A stretch of 64,000 bases of DNA from Eledone cirrhosa (taxonomy: Eukaryota): the NCBI GenBank assembly GCA_964016885.1, contig OZ024743.1, positions 100,874,001 through 100,938,000 of the forward strand, written 5' to 3'. The translations under genes and the position numbers were made by a program. The notes under the pieces are model-generated. The model worked only from the letters and a program-made list of their open reading frames with translations. It made no database searches and was not told where the DNA came from. This document shows positions 26,701 to 43,349 of the stretch, piece by piece. Positions within the stretch are counted from its first letter, which is position 1, and every line of letters begins with the position of its first letter.

Positions 26701-29700
26701 TTTTTCTATAATATATTCCCCACTCTTTCTATATATTCCCCACTCTTTCTATATATTCCTCACTCTTTCTATATATTCTTCACTCTGTCTATATATTCCC
26801 CACTCTTTCTATATATTCCTCACTCTTTCTATATATTCCTCACTTTTTCTATATATTCCCCACTCTTTCTATAATATATTACTCACTCTTTCTATATATT
26901 CCCCACACATTCTATATTTTGCCCACTCTTTCTATATATTCCTCATTCATTCTGTATATGCCCCACTCCTTCTATATATTCCCCACTCTTTCCATAATAT
27001 GTTCCCCACTCTTTTTATATATTCCCCACTCTTTCTATATATTCCTCACTCTTTCTATAATATCTAACATCACTCTTTCTATATATTCCCCATTCTTCGT
27101 ATATATTCCCCACTCTTTCTATATATTACCCACTCTTTCGATATGTTCACCAATGTTTCTATATGTTCCTCAATCTTTCTAGAATATCTTCCACACACTT
27201 TCTATATATTCCCACTCTTTCTATATATTCCTCACTCTTTCTATATATTCCTCACTTTTTCTATATATTCCCCACTCTTTCTATAATATATTCCTCACTC
27301 TTTCTATATATTCCCCACACTTTCTATATATTCCCAACTCTTTCTATATATTCCCCACTCTTTCTATAATATATTCCTCACTCTTTCTATATATTCCCCA
27401 CTCTTTCTATATATTCGCCAATCTTTCTATATATTCTGCACTCTTTCTTTATATTCCTCATTCTTTCTATATATTCCCCACTCTTTCTATATATTCCCCA
27501 CCCTTTCTATATATTCCTCACTCTTTCTATATATTCCCCACTCTTTCTATATATCCCTCACTCTTTCTATAATATATTCCCCACTCTTTCTATATATTCC
27601 TCACTCTTTCTATAATATATAACCTCACTCTTTCTATATATTCCCCTCTCATCGTATATATTCCCCACTCTTTCTATAATATGTTCCCCACTCTTTCTAT
27701 ATATTCCCCACTCTTTCTATATGTTCCCCACTCTTTCTATATATTCCCCACTCTTTCTATATATTCCTCACTCTTTCTATATATTCCCCACTCTTTCTAT
27801 ATATTCCCCAAACTTTTTATATATTCCCCACTCTTTCTATATATTCCCCACTCTTTCTATATATTCCTCACTCTTTCTATATATTCCTCATTCTTTCTAT
27901 ATATTCCCCACTCTTTCTATAATATATTTCCCATTCTTTCAATATATTCCCCACTCTTTCTATATATTCCTCACACTTTCTATATATTCCTCACTCTTTC
28001 TATATATTCCCCATTCTTTCTATATATTCCTCCTGTTTCTATATATTCCTTACTCTTTCTATATGTTCCTCACTCTTTCTATAATATCTTCCCCACTCTT
28101 TATATATATTCCTCACTCTTTCTATATATTCCCCACACTTTCTATATATTCCCCACTCTTTCTATATATTCCTCACTGTTTCTATATATTCTCCACTCTT
28201 TCTATATATTCCTCACTCTTTCTATATATTCCCCTCTCTTTCTATATATTCCCGACTCTTTCTATATATTCCCCATTCTTTCTATAATATGTTCCCCACT
28301 CTTTCTATATATTCCCCTGTCTTTCTATACATTCCCCACTCTTTCTATATATTCCCCACTCTTTCTATATATACCTCACTCTTTCTATATATTCCCAACT
28401 CTTTCTATATATTCCCCACTCTTTTTATATAATCCCCACTCTTTCCATATATTCCCCACTCTTTCTATATATTCCTCACTCTTTCTATAGTATGTTCTCC
28501 ACTCTTTCTATATATTCCCCACTCATTCTATATATTCCCCTCTTTCTATATATTCCTCACTCTTTCTATATATTCCTCATTCTTTCTATATATTCCCCAC
28601 TCTTTCTATAATATATTCCCCATTCTTTCAATATATTCCCCACTCTTTCTATATATTCCCCACTCTTTCTATATATTTCTCAATTTTTCTATAATATATT
28701 CCCCACTCTTTCTATATATTCCTCCCTCTTTCTATATATTCCTCACACTTTCTATATATTCTTCACTCTTTCTATATATTCCCCACTCTTTCTATATATT
28801 CCTCACTCTTTCTATATATTCCTCACTTTTTCTATATATTCCCCACTCTTTCTATAATATATTACTCACTCTTTCTATATATTCCCCACACATTCTATAT
28901 ATTCCCCACTCTTTCTATACATTCCTCATTCATTCTATATATTCCCCACTCCTTCTATATATTCCCCACTCTTTCCATAATATGTTCCCCACTCTTTTTA
29001 TATATTCCCCACTCTTTCTATATATTCCTCACTCTTTCTATAATATCTAACCTCGCTCTTTCTATATATTCCCCATTCTTCGTATATATTCCCCACTCTT
29101 TCTATATATTACTCACTCTTTCGATATGTTCACCAATGTTTCTATATGTTCCTCAATCTATCTAGAATATCTTCCACACACTTTCTATATATTTCCCACT
29201 CTTTCTATATATTCCCCACTCTTTCTATATATTCCCCACTCTTTCTATTTATTCCTCACTCTTTCTATATATTCCACACTCTTTCTATATATTCCCCACT
29301 CTTTTTATATATTCCCCACTCTTTCTATATATTCCCCACTCTTTCAATATATTCCCGAATCTTTCTATATGTTCCCCACTCTTTCTATATATTCCTCACT
29401 CTTTCTATATATTCCTCACTTTTTCTATATATTCCCCACTCTTTCTATAATATATTCCTCACTCTTTCTATATATTCCCCATACTTTCTATATATTCCCA
29501 ACTCTTTCTATATATTCCCCACTCTTTCTATAATATATTCCTCACTCTTTCTATATATTCCCCACTCTTTCTATATATTCCTCACTCGTTCTATATATTC
29601 CCCACTCTTTCTATATATTCCTCACTCTTCCTATAATATCTAACCTCACTCTTTCTATATATTCTCCATTCTTCGTATATATTCCCCACTCTTTCTATAT

Positions 29701-32700
29701 ATTACCCACTCTTTCGATATATTCCCCAATGTTTCTATATGTTCCTCAATCTTTCTAGAATATCTTCCACACATTTCTATATATTTCCCAATCTTTCTAT
29801 ATATTCCCCACTCTTTCTATATATTCCTCACTCTTTCTATATATTCCCCACTCTTTCTATATATTCCCCACTCTTTTTATATATTCCTCACTCTTTCTAT
29901 ATATTCCCCACTCTTTCTATATATTCCCCACTCTTTTTATATATTTCCCACTCTTTCTATATATTCCGCACTCTTTCTATATATTCCTCACTCTTTCTAT
30001 ATATTCCTCATTCTTTCTATATATTCCTCACTCTTTCTATAATATCTTCCCCACTCTTTCTATATATTCCTCACTCTTTCTATATATTCCCCACTCTTTC
30101 TATATATTCCCCACTCTTTCTATAATATGTTCCCCACTCTTTCTATATATTCCCCACTTTATCTATATATTCCCCACTCTTTCTATATATTACCCACTCT
30201 TTCTATATATACCCCACTCTTTCTATATATTCCCCACTCTTTCTATATATTACCCACTCTTTCTATATATACCCCACTCTTTCTATATATTCCTCACTCT
30301 TCCTATATATTCCCCACTCTTTCTATATGTTCCACTCTCTTTTTATATATTCCCCACTCTTGCTATATATTCCCCACTCTTTCTATATATTCTTCACTCT
30401 TTCTATATATTCCTCACTCTTTCTATAATATATTCCCCAATCTTTCTATATATACCTCACTCTTTCTATATATTCCCAACTCTTTCTATATATTCCCCAT
30501 TCTTTCTATATATTCCCCACTCTTTCTATAATATGTTCTCCACTCTTTCTATATGTTCCCCACTCTTTTTATATATTCCCCACTCTTTCTATATATTCCC
30601 CACTCTTTCTATATATTCCTCACTCTTTCTATATATTCCCCACTCTTTCTATATATTCCTCACTCTTTATATATATTCCCCACTCTTGCTATATATTCCC
30701 CACTCTTTCTATATATTCTCCACTCATTCTATATATTCCCTACTCTTTCTATATATTCCTCAATTTTTCTATAATATATTCCCCACTCTTTCTATATATT
30801 CCCCACTCTTTCTATATATTCCTCACTCTTTCTATATATTCTTCTCTCTGTCTATATATTCCCCACTCTTTCTATATATTCCTCACTCTTTCTATATATT
30901 CCTCACTCTTTCTATAATATATTACTCACTCTTTCTATATATTCCCCACACATTCTATATTTTCCCCACTCTTTCTATATATTCCTCATTCATTCTGTAT
31001 ATTCCCCACTCCTTCTATATATTCCCCACTCTTTCCATAATATGTTCCCCACTCTTTTTATATATTCCCCACTCTTTCTATATATTCCTCACTCTTTCTA
31101 TAATATCTAACATCACTCTTTCTGTATATTCCCCATTCTTCGTATATATTCCCCACTCTTTCTATATATTACCCACTCTTTCGATATGTTCACCAATGTT
31201 TCTATATGTTCCTCAATCTTTCTAGAATATCTTCCACACACTTTCTATATATTTCCCACACTTTCTATATATTCCCCACTCTTTCTATATATTCCCCACT
31301 CTTTCTATATATTCCTCACTCTTTCTATATATTCCACACTCTTTCTATATATTCCCCACACTTTTTATATATTCCCCACTCTTTCTATATATTCCCCACT
31401 CTTTCTATATATTCCCGAATCTTTCTATATCTTCCCCACTCTTTCTATATATTCATCACTCTTTCTATATATTCCCACTCTTTCTATATATTCCTCACTC
31501 TTTCTATATATTCCTCACTTTTTCTATATATTCCCCACTCTTTCTATAATATATTCCTCACTCTTTCTATATATTCCCCACACTTTCTATATATTCCCAA
31601 CTCTTTCTATATATTCCCCACTCTTTCTATAATATATTCCTCACTCTTTCTATATATTCCCCACTCTTTCTATATATTCGCCAATCTTTCTATATATTCT
31701 GCACTCTTTCTTTATATTCCTCATTCTTTCTATATATTCCCCCCTCTTTCTATATATTCCCCACCCTTTCTATATATTCCTCACTCTTTCTATATATTCC
31801 CCACTCTTTCTATATATCCCTCACTCTTTCTATAATATATTCCCCACTCTTTCTATATATTCCTCACTCTTTCTATAATATCTAACCTCACTCTTTCTAT
31901 ATATTCCCCTCTCATCGTATATATTCCCCACTCTTTCTATAATATGTTCCCCACTCTTTCTATATATTCCCCACTCTTTCTATATGTTCCCCACTCTTTC
32001 TATATATTCCCCACTCTTTCTATATATTCCTCACTCTTTCTATATATTCCCCACTCTTTCTATATATTCCCCAAACTTTTTATATATTCCCCACTCTTTC
32101 TATATATTCCCCACTCTTTCTATATATTCCTCACTCTTTCTATATATTCCTCATTCTTTCTATATATTCCCCACTCTTTCTATAATATATTCCCCATTCT
32201 TTCAATATATTCCCCACTCTTTCTATATATTCCTCACTCTTTCTATATATTCCTCACTCTTTCTATATATTCCCCATTCTTTCTATATATTCCTCCTGTT
32301 TCTATATATTCCTTACTCTTTCTATATGTTCCTCACTCTTTCTATAATATCTTCCCCACTCTTTATATATATTCCTCACTCTTTCTATATATTCCCCACA
32401 CTTTCTATATATTCCCCACTCTTTCTATATATTCCTCACTGTTTCTATATATTCTCCACTCTTTCTATATATTCCTCACTCTTTCTATATATTCCCCACT
32501 CTTTCTATATATTCCCGACTCTTTCTATATATTCCCCATTCTTTCTATAATATGTTCCCCACTCTTTCTATATATTCCCCTGTCTTTCTATACATTCCCC
32601 ACTCTTTCTATATATTCCCCACTCTTTCTATATATACCTCACTCTTTCTATATATTCCCAACTCTTTCTATATATTCCCCACTCTTTTTATATATTCCCC

Positions 32701-35700
32701 ACTCTTTCCATATATTCCCCACTCTTTCTATATATTCCTCACTCTTTCTATAGTATGTTCTCCACTCTTTCTATATATTCCCCACTCTTTCTATATATTC
32801 CCCTCTTTCTATATATTCCTCACTCTTTCTATATATTCCTCATTCTTTCTATATATTCCCCACTCTTTCTATAATATATTCCCCATTCTTTCAATATATT
32901 CCCCACTCTTTCTATATATTCCCCACTCTTTCTATATATTCCTCAATTTTTCTATAATATATTCCCCACTCTTTCTATATATTCCTCCCTCTTTCTATAT
33001 ATTCCTCACACTTTCTATATATTCTTCACTCTTTCTATATATTCCCCACTCTTTCTATATATTCCTCACTCTTTCTATATATTCCTCACTTTTTCTATAT
33101 ATTCCCCACTCTTTCTATAATATATTACTCACTCTTTCTATATATTCCCCACACATTCTATATATTCCACACTCTTTCTATACATTCCTCATTCATTCTA
33201 TATATTCCCCACTCCTTCTATATATTCCCCACTCTTTCCATAATATGTTCCCCACTCTTTTTATATATTCCCCACTCTTTCTATATATTCCTCACTCTTT
33301 CTATAATATCTTACCTCGCTCTTTCTATATATTCCCCATTCTTCGTATATATTCCCCACTCTTTCTATATATTACTCACTCTTTCGATATGTTCACCAAT
33401 GTTTCTATATGTTCCTCAATCTATCTAGACTATCTTCCACACACTTTCTTTATTTTTCACACTCTTTCTATATATTCCCCACTCTTTCTATATCTTCCCC
33501 ACTCTTTCTATTTATTCCTCACTCTTTCTATATATTCCACACTCTTTCTATATATTCCCCAATCTTTTTATATATTCCCCACTCTTTCTATATATTCCCC
33601 ACTCTTTCAATATATTCCCGAATCTTTCTATATCTTCCCCACTCTTTCTATATATTCCTCACTCTTTCTATATATTCCTCACTTTTTCTATATATTCCCC
33701 ACTCTTTCTATAATATATTCCTCACTCTTTCTATATATTCCCCATTCTTTCTATATATTCCCAACTCTTTCTATATATTCCCCACTCTTTCTATAATATA
33801 TTCCTCACTCTTTCTATATATTCCCCACTCTTTCTATATATTCCTCACTCGTTCTATATATTCCCCACTCTTTCTATATATTCCTCACTCTTCCTATAAT
33901 ATCTAACCTCACTCTTTCTATATATTCTCCATTCTTCGTATATATTCCCCACTCTTTCTATATATTACCCACTCTTTCGATATATTCCCCAATGTTTCTA
34001 TATGTTCCTCAATCTTTCTAGAATATCTTCCACACATTTCTATATATTTCCCAATCTTTCTATATATTCCCCACTCTTTCTATATATTCCTCACTCTTTC
34101 TATATATTCCCCACTCTTTCTATATATTCCCCACTCTTTTTATATATTCCTCACTCTTTCTATATATTCCCCACTCTTTCTATATATTCCGCACTCTTTC
34201 TATATGTTCCCCACTCTTTCTATATATTCCCCACTTTATCTATATATTCCCCACTCTTTCTATATATTACCCACTCTTTCTATATATACCCCACTCTTTC
34301 TATATATTCCCCACTCTTTCTATATATTACCCACTCTTTCTATATATACCCCACTCTTTCTATATATTCCTCACTCTTCCTATATATTCCCCACTCTTTC
34401 TATATGTTCCACTCTCTTTTTATATATTCCCCACTCTTGCTATATATTCCCCACTCTTTCTATATATTCTTCACTCTTTCTATATATTCCTCACTCTTTC
34501 TATAATATATTCCCCAATCTTTCTATATATACCTCACTCTTTCTATATATTCCCAACTCTTTCTATATATTCCCCATTCTTTCTATATATTCCCCACTCT
34601 TTCTATAATATGTTCTCCACTCTTTCTATATGTTCCCCACTCTTTTTATATATTCCCCACTCTTTCTATATATTCCCCACACTTTCTATATATTCCTCAC
34701 TCTTTCTATATATTCCCCACTCTTTCTATATATTCCTCACTCTTTATATATATTCCCCACTCTTGCTATATATTCCCCACTCTTTCTATATATTCTCCAC
34801 TCATTCTATATATTCCCTACTCTTTCTATATATTCCTCAATTTTTCTATAATATATTCCCCACTCTTTCTATATATTCCCCACTCTTTCTATATATTCCT
34901 CACTCTTTCTATATATTCTTCACTCTGTCTATATATTCCCCACTCTTTCTATATATTCCTCACTCTTTCTATATATTCCTCACTCTTTCTATAATATATT
35001 ACTCACTCTTTCTATATATTCCCCACACATTCTATATTTTCCCCACTCTTTCTATATATTCCTCATTCATTCTGTATATTCCCCACTCCTTCTATATATT
35101 CCCCACTCTTTCCATAATATGTTCCCCACTCTTTTTATATATTCCCCACTCTTTCTATATATTCCTCACTCTTTCTATAATATCTAACATCACTCTTTCT
35201 GTATATTCCCCATTCTTCGTATATATTCCCCACTCTTTCTATATATTACCCACTCTTTCGATATGTTCACCAATGTTTCTATATGTTCCTCAATCTTTCT
35301 AGAATATCTTCCACACACTTTCTATATATTTTCCACACTTTCTATATATTCCCCACTCTTTCTATATATTCCCCACTCTTTCTATATATTCCTCACTCTT
35401 TCTATATATTCCACACTCTTTCTATATATTCCCCACACTTTTTATATATTCCCCACTCTTTCTATATATTCCCCACTCTTTCTATATATTCCCGAATCTT
35501 TCTATATCTTCCCCACTCTTTCTATATATTCATCACTCTTTCTATATATTCCCACTCTTTCTATATATTCCTCACTCTTTCTATATATTCCTCACTTTTT
35601 CTATATATTCCCCACTCTTTCTATAATATATTCCTCACTCTTTCTATATATTCCCCACACTTTCTATATATTCCCAACTCTTTCTATATATTCCCCACTC

Positions 35701-36850
35701 TTTCTATAATATATTCCTCACTCTTTCTATATATTCCCCACTCTTTCTATATATTCGCCAATCTTTCTATATATTCTGCACTCTTTCTTTATATTCCTCA
35801 TTCTTTCTATATATTCCCCACTCTTTCTATATATTCCCCACCCTTTCTATATATTCCTCACTCTTTCTATATATTCCCCACTCTTTCTATATATCCCTCA
35901 CTCTTTCTATAATATATTCCCCACTCTTTCTATATATTCCTCACTCTTTCTATAATATCTAACCTCACTCTTTCTATATATTCCCCTCTCATCGTATATA
36001 TTCCCCACTCTTTCTATAATATGTTCCCCACTCTTTCTATATATTCCCCACTCTTTCTATATGTTCCCCACTCTTTCTATATATTCCCCACTCTTTCTAT
36101 ATATTCCTCACTCTTTCTATATATTCCCCACTCTTTCTATATATTCCCCAAACTTTTTATATATTCCCCACTCTTTCTATATATTCCCCACTCTTTCTAT
36201 ATATTCCTCACTCTTTCTATATATTCCTCATTCTTTCTATATATTCCCCACTCTTTCTATAATATATTCCCCATTCTTTCAATATATTCCCCACTCTTTC
36301 TATATATTCCTCACTCTTTCTATATATTCCTCACTCTTTCTATATATTCCCCATTCTTTCTATATATTCCTCCTGTTTCTATATATTCCTTACTCTTTCT
36401 ATATGTTCCTCACTCTTTCTATAATATCTTCCCCACTCTTTATATATATTCCTCACTCTTTCCATATATTCCCCACACTTTCTATATAATCCCCACTCTT
36501 TCTATATATTCCTCACTGTTTCTATATATTCTCCACTCTTTCTATATATTCCTCACTCTTTCTATATATTCCCCACTCTTTCTATATATTCCCGACTCTT
36601 TCTATATATTCCCCATTCTTTCTATAATATGTTCCCCACTCTTTCTATATATTCCCTGTCTTTCTATACATTCCCCACTCTTTCTATATATTCCCCACTC
36701 TTTCTATATATACCTCACTCTTTCTATATATTCCCAACTCTTTCTATATATTCCCCACTCTTTTTATATATTCCCCACTCTTTCCATATATTCCCCACTC
36801 TTTCTATATATTCCTCACTCTTTCTATAGTATGTTCTCCACTCTTTCTAT
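23750..36850. repeat. Higher-order repeat, 3 copies of ~4.1-4.9 kb
   Basis: ORF-track offsets 24843/29739/34002, 25232/30127/34204 and 27681/31944/36021. The marker cctgttt occurs at ~28032, 32295 and 36372. Confidence 0.85.
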
Positions 36851-39800
36851 ATATTCCCCACTCATTCTATATATTCACCACTCTTTCTATATATTCCCCA
36901 CTCATTCCATATATTCCCCACTCATTCTATATATTCCTCACTCTTTCTATATATTCCCCACTCTTTCTATATATACCTCACTGTTTCTATATATTCCCAA
37001 CTCTTTCTATATATTCCCCATTCTTTCTATATATTCCCCATTCTTTCTATATATTCCCGACTCTTTCTATATATTCCTTACTCTTTCTAGAATATCTTCC
37101 GCACACTTTCTATATATTCCCCACTCTTTCTATATATGCCTCACTCTTTCTATAATATCTTCCCCACTCTTATTATAATATGTTCCCCACTCTTTCTATA
37201 TATTCCCCACTTTATCTATACATTGCCCACTCTTTCTATATATTCCCCACTTTTTCTATATATTCCTCATTCTTTCTATATATTCCTCACTCTTTCTATA
37301 ATATCTTCCCCACTCTTTCTATAGTATGTTCCCCACTCTTTCTATATATTCCCCACTTTATCTATACATTCCCCACTCTTTCTATATATTCCCCACTCTT
37401 TCTAATTTATTCCCCACTCTTTCTATATATTCCCCACTCATTCTATATATTCCTCACTCTTTCTATATATTCCCCACTCTTTCTATATATTCCTCACTGT
37501 TTCTATATATTCTCCACTCTTTCTATATATTCCTCACTCTTTCTATATATTCCTCACTCTTTCTAAAATATCTTCCCCACACTTTCTATACATTCCCCAC
37601 TCTTTCTATATATTCCTCACTCTTTCTATATATTCCCCACTCTTTCTATATATTCCCGACTCTTTCTATATATTCCTTACTCTTTCTAGAATATCTTCCC
37701 CACACTTTCTATATATTCCCCACTCTTTCTATATATTCCTCATTCTTTCTATATATTCCTCACTCTCTCTATAATATCTTCCCCACTCTTTATATAATAT
37801 GTTCCCCACTCTTTCTATATATTCCCCAGTTTATCTATACATTCCCCACTCTTTCCATATATTCCTCACTCTTTCTATATATTCCTCACTCTTTGTAGAA
37901 TATCTTCCCCACACTTTCTATATATTTCCCACTCTTTCTATATATTCCTCACTCTTTCTATATATTCCCCACTCTTTCTATATATTCCCCACTCTTTCTA
38001 TATATTCCCCACTCTTTCTATATATTCCCCACTCTTTCTATATATTCCTCACTCTTTCTATATATTCCCACTCTTTCTATATATTCCTCACTCTTTCTAT
38101 ATATTCCTCACTTTTTCTATATAATCCCCACTCTTTCTATAATATATTCCTCACTCTTTCTATATATTCCCCACACTTTCTATATATTCCAAACTCTTTC
38201 TACATATTAGCCACACTTTCTATAATGTATTTCTCACTCTTTCTATATATTCCTCACTCTTTCTATATATTCCCCACTCTTTCTATATATTCCCCACTCT
38301 TTTTATATATTCCCCACTCTTTCTATATATTCCCCACTCTTTCTATATATTCCTCACTCTTTCTATATATTCCTCATTCTTTCTATATATTCCTCACTCT
38401 TTCTATAATATCTTCCCCACTCTTTCTATATATTCCTCACTCTTTCTATATATTCCCCACTCTTTCTATATATTCCCCACTCTTTCTATAATATGTTCCT
38501 CACTCTTTCTATATATTCCCAAATTTATCTATACATTCCCCACTCTTTCTATATATTCCCCACTCTTTCTATATATTCCTCACTCTTTCTATATATTCCC
38601 CACTCTTTCTATATATAACTCACTCTTTCTATTTATTCCCAACTCTTTCTATATATTCCCCATTCTTTCTATATATTCCCCACTCTTTCTATAATATGTT
38701 CTCCACTCTTTCTATATATTCCCCACTCTTTCTATATATTCCCACTCTTTCTATATATTCCCCACTCTTTCTATATATTCCTCACTCTTTCTATATATTC
38801 CCCACTCTTGCTATATATTCCCCACTCTTTCTATATATTCCCCACTCTTTCTATATATTCCTCACTCTTTCTATATATTCCCCACTCTTTCTATATATTA
38901 CCCAAACTTTTTATATATTCCCCACTCTTTCTATATATTCCCCACTCTTTCTATATATTACTCACTCTTTCTATATATTCCTCATTCTTTCTATATATTC
39001 CCCACTCTTTCTATAATATATTCCCCATTCTTTCAATATATTCCCCACTCTTTCTATATATTCCTCACTCTTTCTATATATTCCTCACTCTTTCTATATA
39101 TTCCCCATTCTTTCTATATATTCCTCCTGTTTCTATATATTCCTTACTCTTTCTATATGTTCCTCACTCTTTCTATAATATCTTCCCCACTCTTTATATA
39201 TATTCCTCACTCTTTCTATATATTCCCCACACTTTCTATATATTCCCCACTCTTTCTATATATTCCTCACTGTTTCTATATATTCTCCACTCTTTCTATA
39301 TATTCCCCACTCTTTCTATATATTCCCGACTCTTTCTATATATTCCCCATTCTTTCTATAATATGTTCCCCACTCTTTCTATATATTCCCCTGTCTTTCT
39401 ATACATTCCCCACTCTTTCTATATATTCCCCACTCTTTCTATATATACCTCACTCTTTCTATATATTCCCAACTCTTTCTATATATTCCCCACTCTTTTT
39501 ATATATTCCCCACTCTTTCCATATATTCCCCACTCTTTCTATATATTCCTCACTCTTTCTATAGTATGTTCTCCACTCTTTCTATATATTCCCCACTCTT
39601 TCTATATATTCCCCACTCTTTCTATATATTCCCCACTCATTCCATATATTTCCCACTCATTCTATATATTCCTCACTCTTTCTATATATTCCCCACTCTT
39701 TCTATATATACCTCACTGTTTCTATATATTCCCAACTCTTTCTATATATTCCCCATTCTTTCTATATATTCCTCATTCTTTCTATATATTCCCGACTCTT

Positions 39801-41540
39801 TCTATATATTCCTTACTCTTTCTAGAATATCTTCCCCACTCTTTCTATATATTCCCCACTTTTTCTATATATTCCTCATTCTTTCTATATATTCCTCACT
39901 CTTTCTATAATATCTTCCCCACTCTTTCTATAGTATGTTCCCCACTCTTTCTATATATTCCCCACTTTATCTATACATTCCCCACTCTTTCTATATATTC
40001 CCCACTCTTTCTAATTTATTCCCCACTCTTTCTATATATTCCCCACTCATTCTATATATTCCTCACTCTTTCTATATATTCCCCACTCTTTCTATATATT
40101 CCTCACTGTTTCTATATATTCTCCACTCTTTCTATATATTCCTCACTCTTTCTATATATTCCTCACTCTTTCTAAAATATCTTCCCCACACTTTCTTTAC
40201 ATTCCCCACTCTTTCTATATATTCCTCACTCTTTCTATATATTCCCCACTCTTTCTATATATTCCAGACTCTTTCTATATATTCCTTACTCTTTCTAGAA
40301 TATCTTCCCCACACTTTCTCTATATTCCCCACTCTTTCTATATATTCCTCATTCTTTCTATATATTCCTCACTCTTTCTATAATATCTTCCCCACTCTTT
40401 CTATAATATGTTCCCCACTCTTTCTATATATTCCCCACTTTATCTATACATTCCCCACTCTTTCCATATATTCCTCACTCTTTCTATATATTCCTCACTC
40501 TTTGTAGAATATCTTCCCCACACTTTCTATATATTTCCCACTCTTTCTATATATTCCTCACTCTTTCTATATATTCCCCACTCTTTCTATATATTCCCCA
40601 CTCTTTCTATATATTCCCCACTCTTTCTATATATTCCCCACTCTTTCTATATATTCCTCACTCTTTCTATATATTCCCACTCTTTCTATATATTCCTCAC
40701 TCTTTCTATATATTCCTCACTTTTTCTATATAATCCCCACTCTTTCTATAATATATTCCTCACTCTTTCTATATATTCCCCACACTTTCTATATATTCCA
40801 AACTCTTTCTATATATTAGCCACACTTTCTATAATGTATTTCTCACTCTTTCTATATATTCCCCACTCTTTCTATATTTTCCCCACTCTTTCTATATATT
40901 CCTCACTCTTTCTATATATTCCACACTCTTTCTATATATTCCCCACTCTTTCTATATATTCCTCACTCTTTCTATATATTCCCCACTCTTTCTATATATT
41001 CCCCACTCTTTTTATATATTCCCCACTCTTTCTATATATTCCCCACTCTTTCTATATATTCCTCACTCTTTCTATATATTCCTCATTCTTTCTATATATT
41101 CCTCACTCTTTCTATAATATCTTCCCCACTCTTTCTATAAATTCCTCACTCTTTCTATATATTCCCCACTCTTTCTATATATTCCCCACTCTTTCTATAA
41201 TATGTTCCCCAATCTTTCTATATATTCCCAAATTTATCTATACATTCCCCACTCTTTCTATATATTCCCCACTCTTTCTATATATTCCTCACTCTTTCTA
41301 TATATTCCCCACTCTTTCTATATATAACTCACTCTTTCTATTTATTCCCAACTCTTTCTATATATTCCCCATTCTTTCTATATATTCCCCACTCTTTCTA
41401 TAATATGTTCTCCACTCTTTCTATATATTCCCCACTCTTTCTATATATTCCCACTCTTTCTATATATTCCCCACTCTTTCTATATATTCCTCACTCTTTC
41501 TATATATTCCCCACTCTTGCTATATATTCCCCACTCTTTC
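36150..41540. repeat. Higher-order repeat, 2 copies of ~2.6-2.75 kb
   Basis: Offsets 37326/39935 and 37799/40408 (2609) and 38696/41405 (2709). The markers tctaatttatt and tttgtagaat each occur in both copies. Confidence 0.85.
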
Positions 41541-43349
41541 TATATATTCTCCACTCTTTCTATATATTCCTCACTCTTTCTATAATATATTCCCCAATCT
41601 TTCTATATATTCCTCACTCTTTCTATAATATATTCCCCAATCTTTCTATATATTCCCCACACATTCTATATATTCCCCACTCTTTCTATATATTCCTCAA
41701 TTTTGCTATAATATATTCCCCACTCTTTCTATATATTCCCCACTCTTTCTATATATTCCTCACTCTTTCTATATATTCTTCACTCTTTCAATATATTCCC
41801 CACTCTTTCTATATATTCCTCACTCTTTCTATATATTCCTCACTTTTTCTATATATTCCCAACTCTTTCTATAATATATTACACACTCTTTCTATATATT
41901 CCCCACACATTCTATATATTCCCCACTCTTTCTATATATTCCTCATTCATTCCATATATTCCCCACTCTTTCTATATATTCCGCACTCTTTCTATATATT
42001 CCCCACTATTTCTATAATATATTCCCCACTGTTTTTATATATTCCCCACTCTTTCTATATATTCCTCACTCGTTCTATATATTCCCCACTCTTTCTATAT
42101 ATTCCTAACTCTTTTTATAATATCTAACCTCACTCTTTCTATATATTCCCCATTCTTCGTATATATTCCCTACTCTTTCTATTTATTACCCACTCTTTCT
42201 ATATATTCCCCACTCTTTCTATATATTCCCCACTCTTTCTATATATTCCCCACTCTTTCTATATATTCCTCACTCTTTCTATAATATCTAACCTCACTCT
42301 TTCTATATGTTCCCCACTCTTCGTATATATTCCCGAATGTTTCTATATATTCCCCACTCTTTCTATATATTACTCACTCTTTCTAGAATATCTTCCCCAC
42401 ACTTTCTGTATGTTCCCCACTCTTTCTATATATTCCTCACTCTTTATATATATTCCCCACTCTTTCTATATTTTCCCCACTTTCTCTATAATATGTTCCC
42501 CACTCTCTCTGTATATTCCCCACTCTTTCTATACATTCCCCACTCTTTCTATATATTCTGCACTCTTTCTATGTATTCCTCACTCTTTCTATATATTACC
42601 CACTCTTTATATATATTCCTCACTCTTTCTATATATTCCCAACTCTTTCTATATATTCCCCATTCTTTCTATATATTCCCCACTCTTTCTATATATTCCC
42701 CACTCTTTCTATATATTCCCTACTCTTTCTATATATTCCTCACTCTTTCTATAATATCTAACCTCACTCTTTCTATATATTCCCCACTCTTCGTATATAT
42801 TCCCCAATGTTTCTATATATTCCCCACTCTTTCTATATATTCCCCACTCTTTCTATATATTCCTTACTTTTTCTATAAGATCTAACCTCACTCTTTCTAT
42901 TTATTCCCCACACTTCGTATATATTCCCCAATGTTTCTATATATTCCTCACTCTTTCTAGAATATCTTCCCCATACTTTCTGTATATTCCCCACTCTTTC
43001 TATATTTTCCCCACTCTTTCTATAATATGTTCCCCACTCTTTCTATATATTCCCCACTCTTTCTATATATTCGCAAATTCTTTCTATATATTCCCCACTC
43101 TTTCTATATATTCCCCACTCTTTCTAGATTTTCCCCACTCTTCATATATATTCCCCACCCTTTTTATATATTCCCCACTCTTTCTATATATTCCCCACTC
43201 TTTCTATATATTCCCCACTCTTTCTATATACCCCTCACTCTTTCTATATATTCCTCACCCTTTCTATATATTCCTCACTCTTTCTATATATTCCCCACTC
43301 TTTCTATATGTTCCCCACTCTTTCTGTATTTTCGTCACTCTTTCTATAT

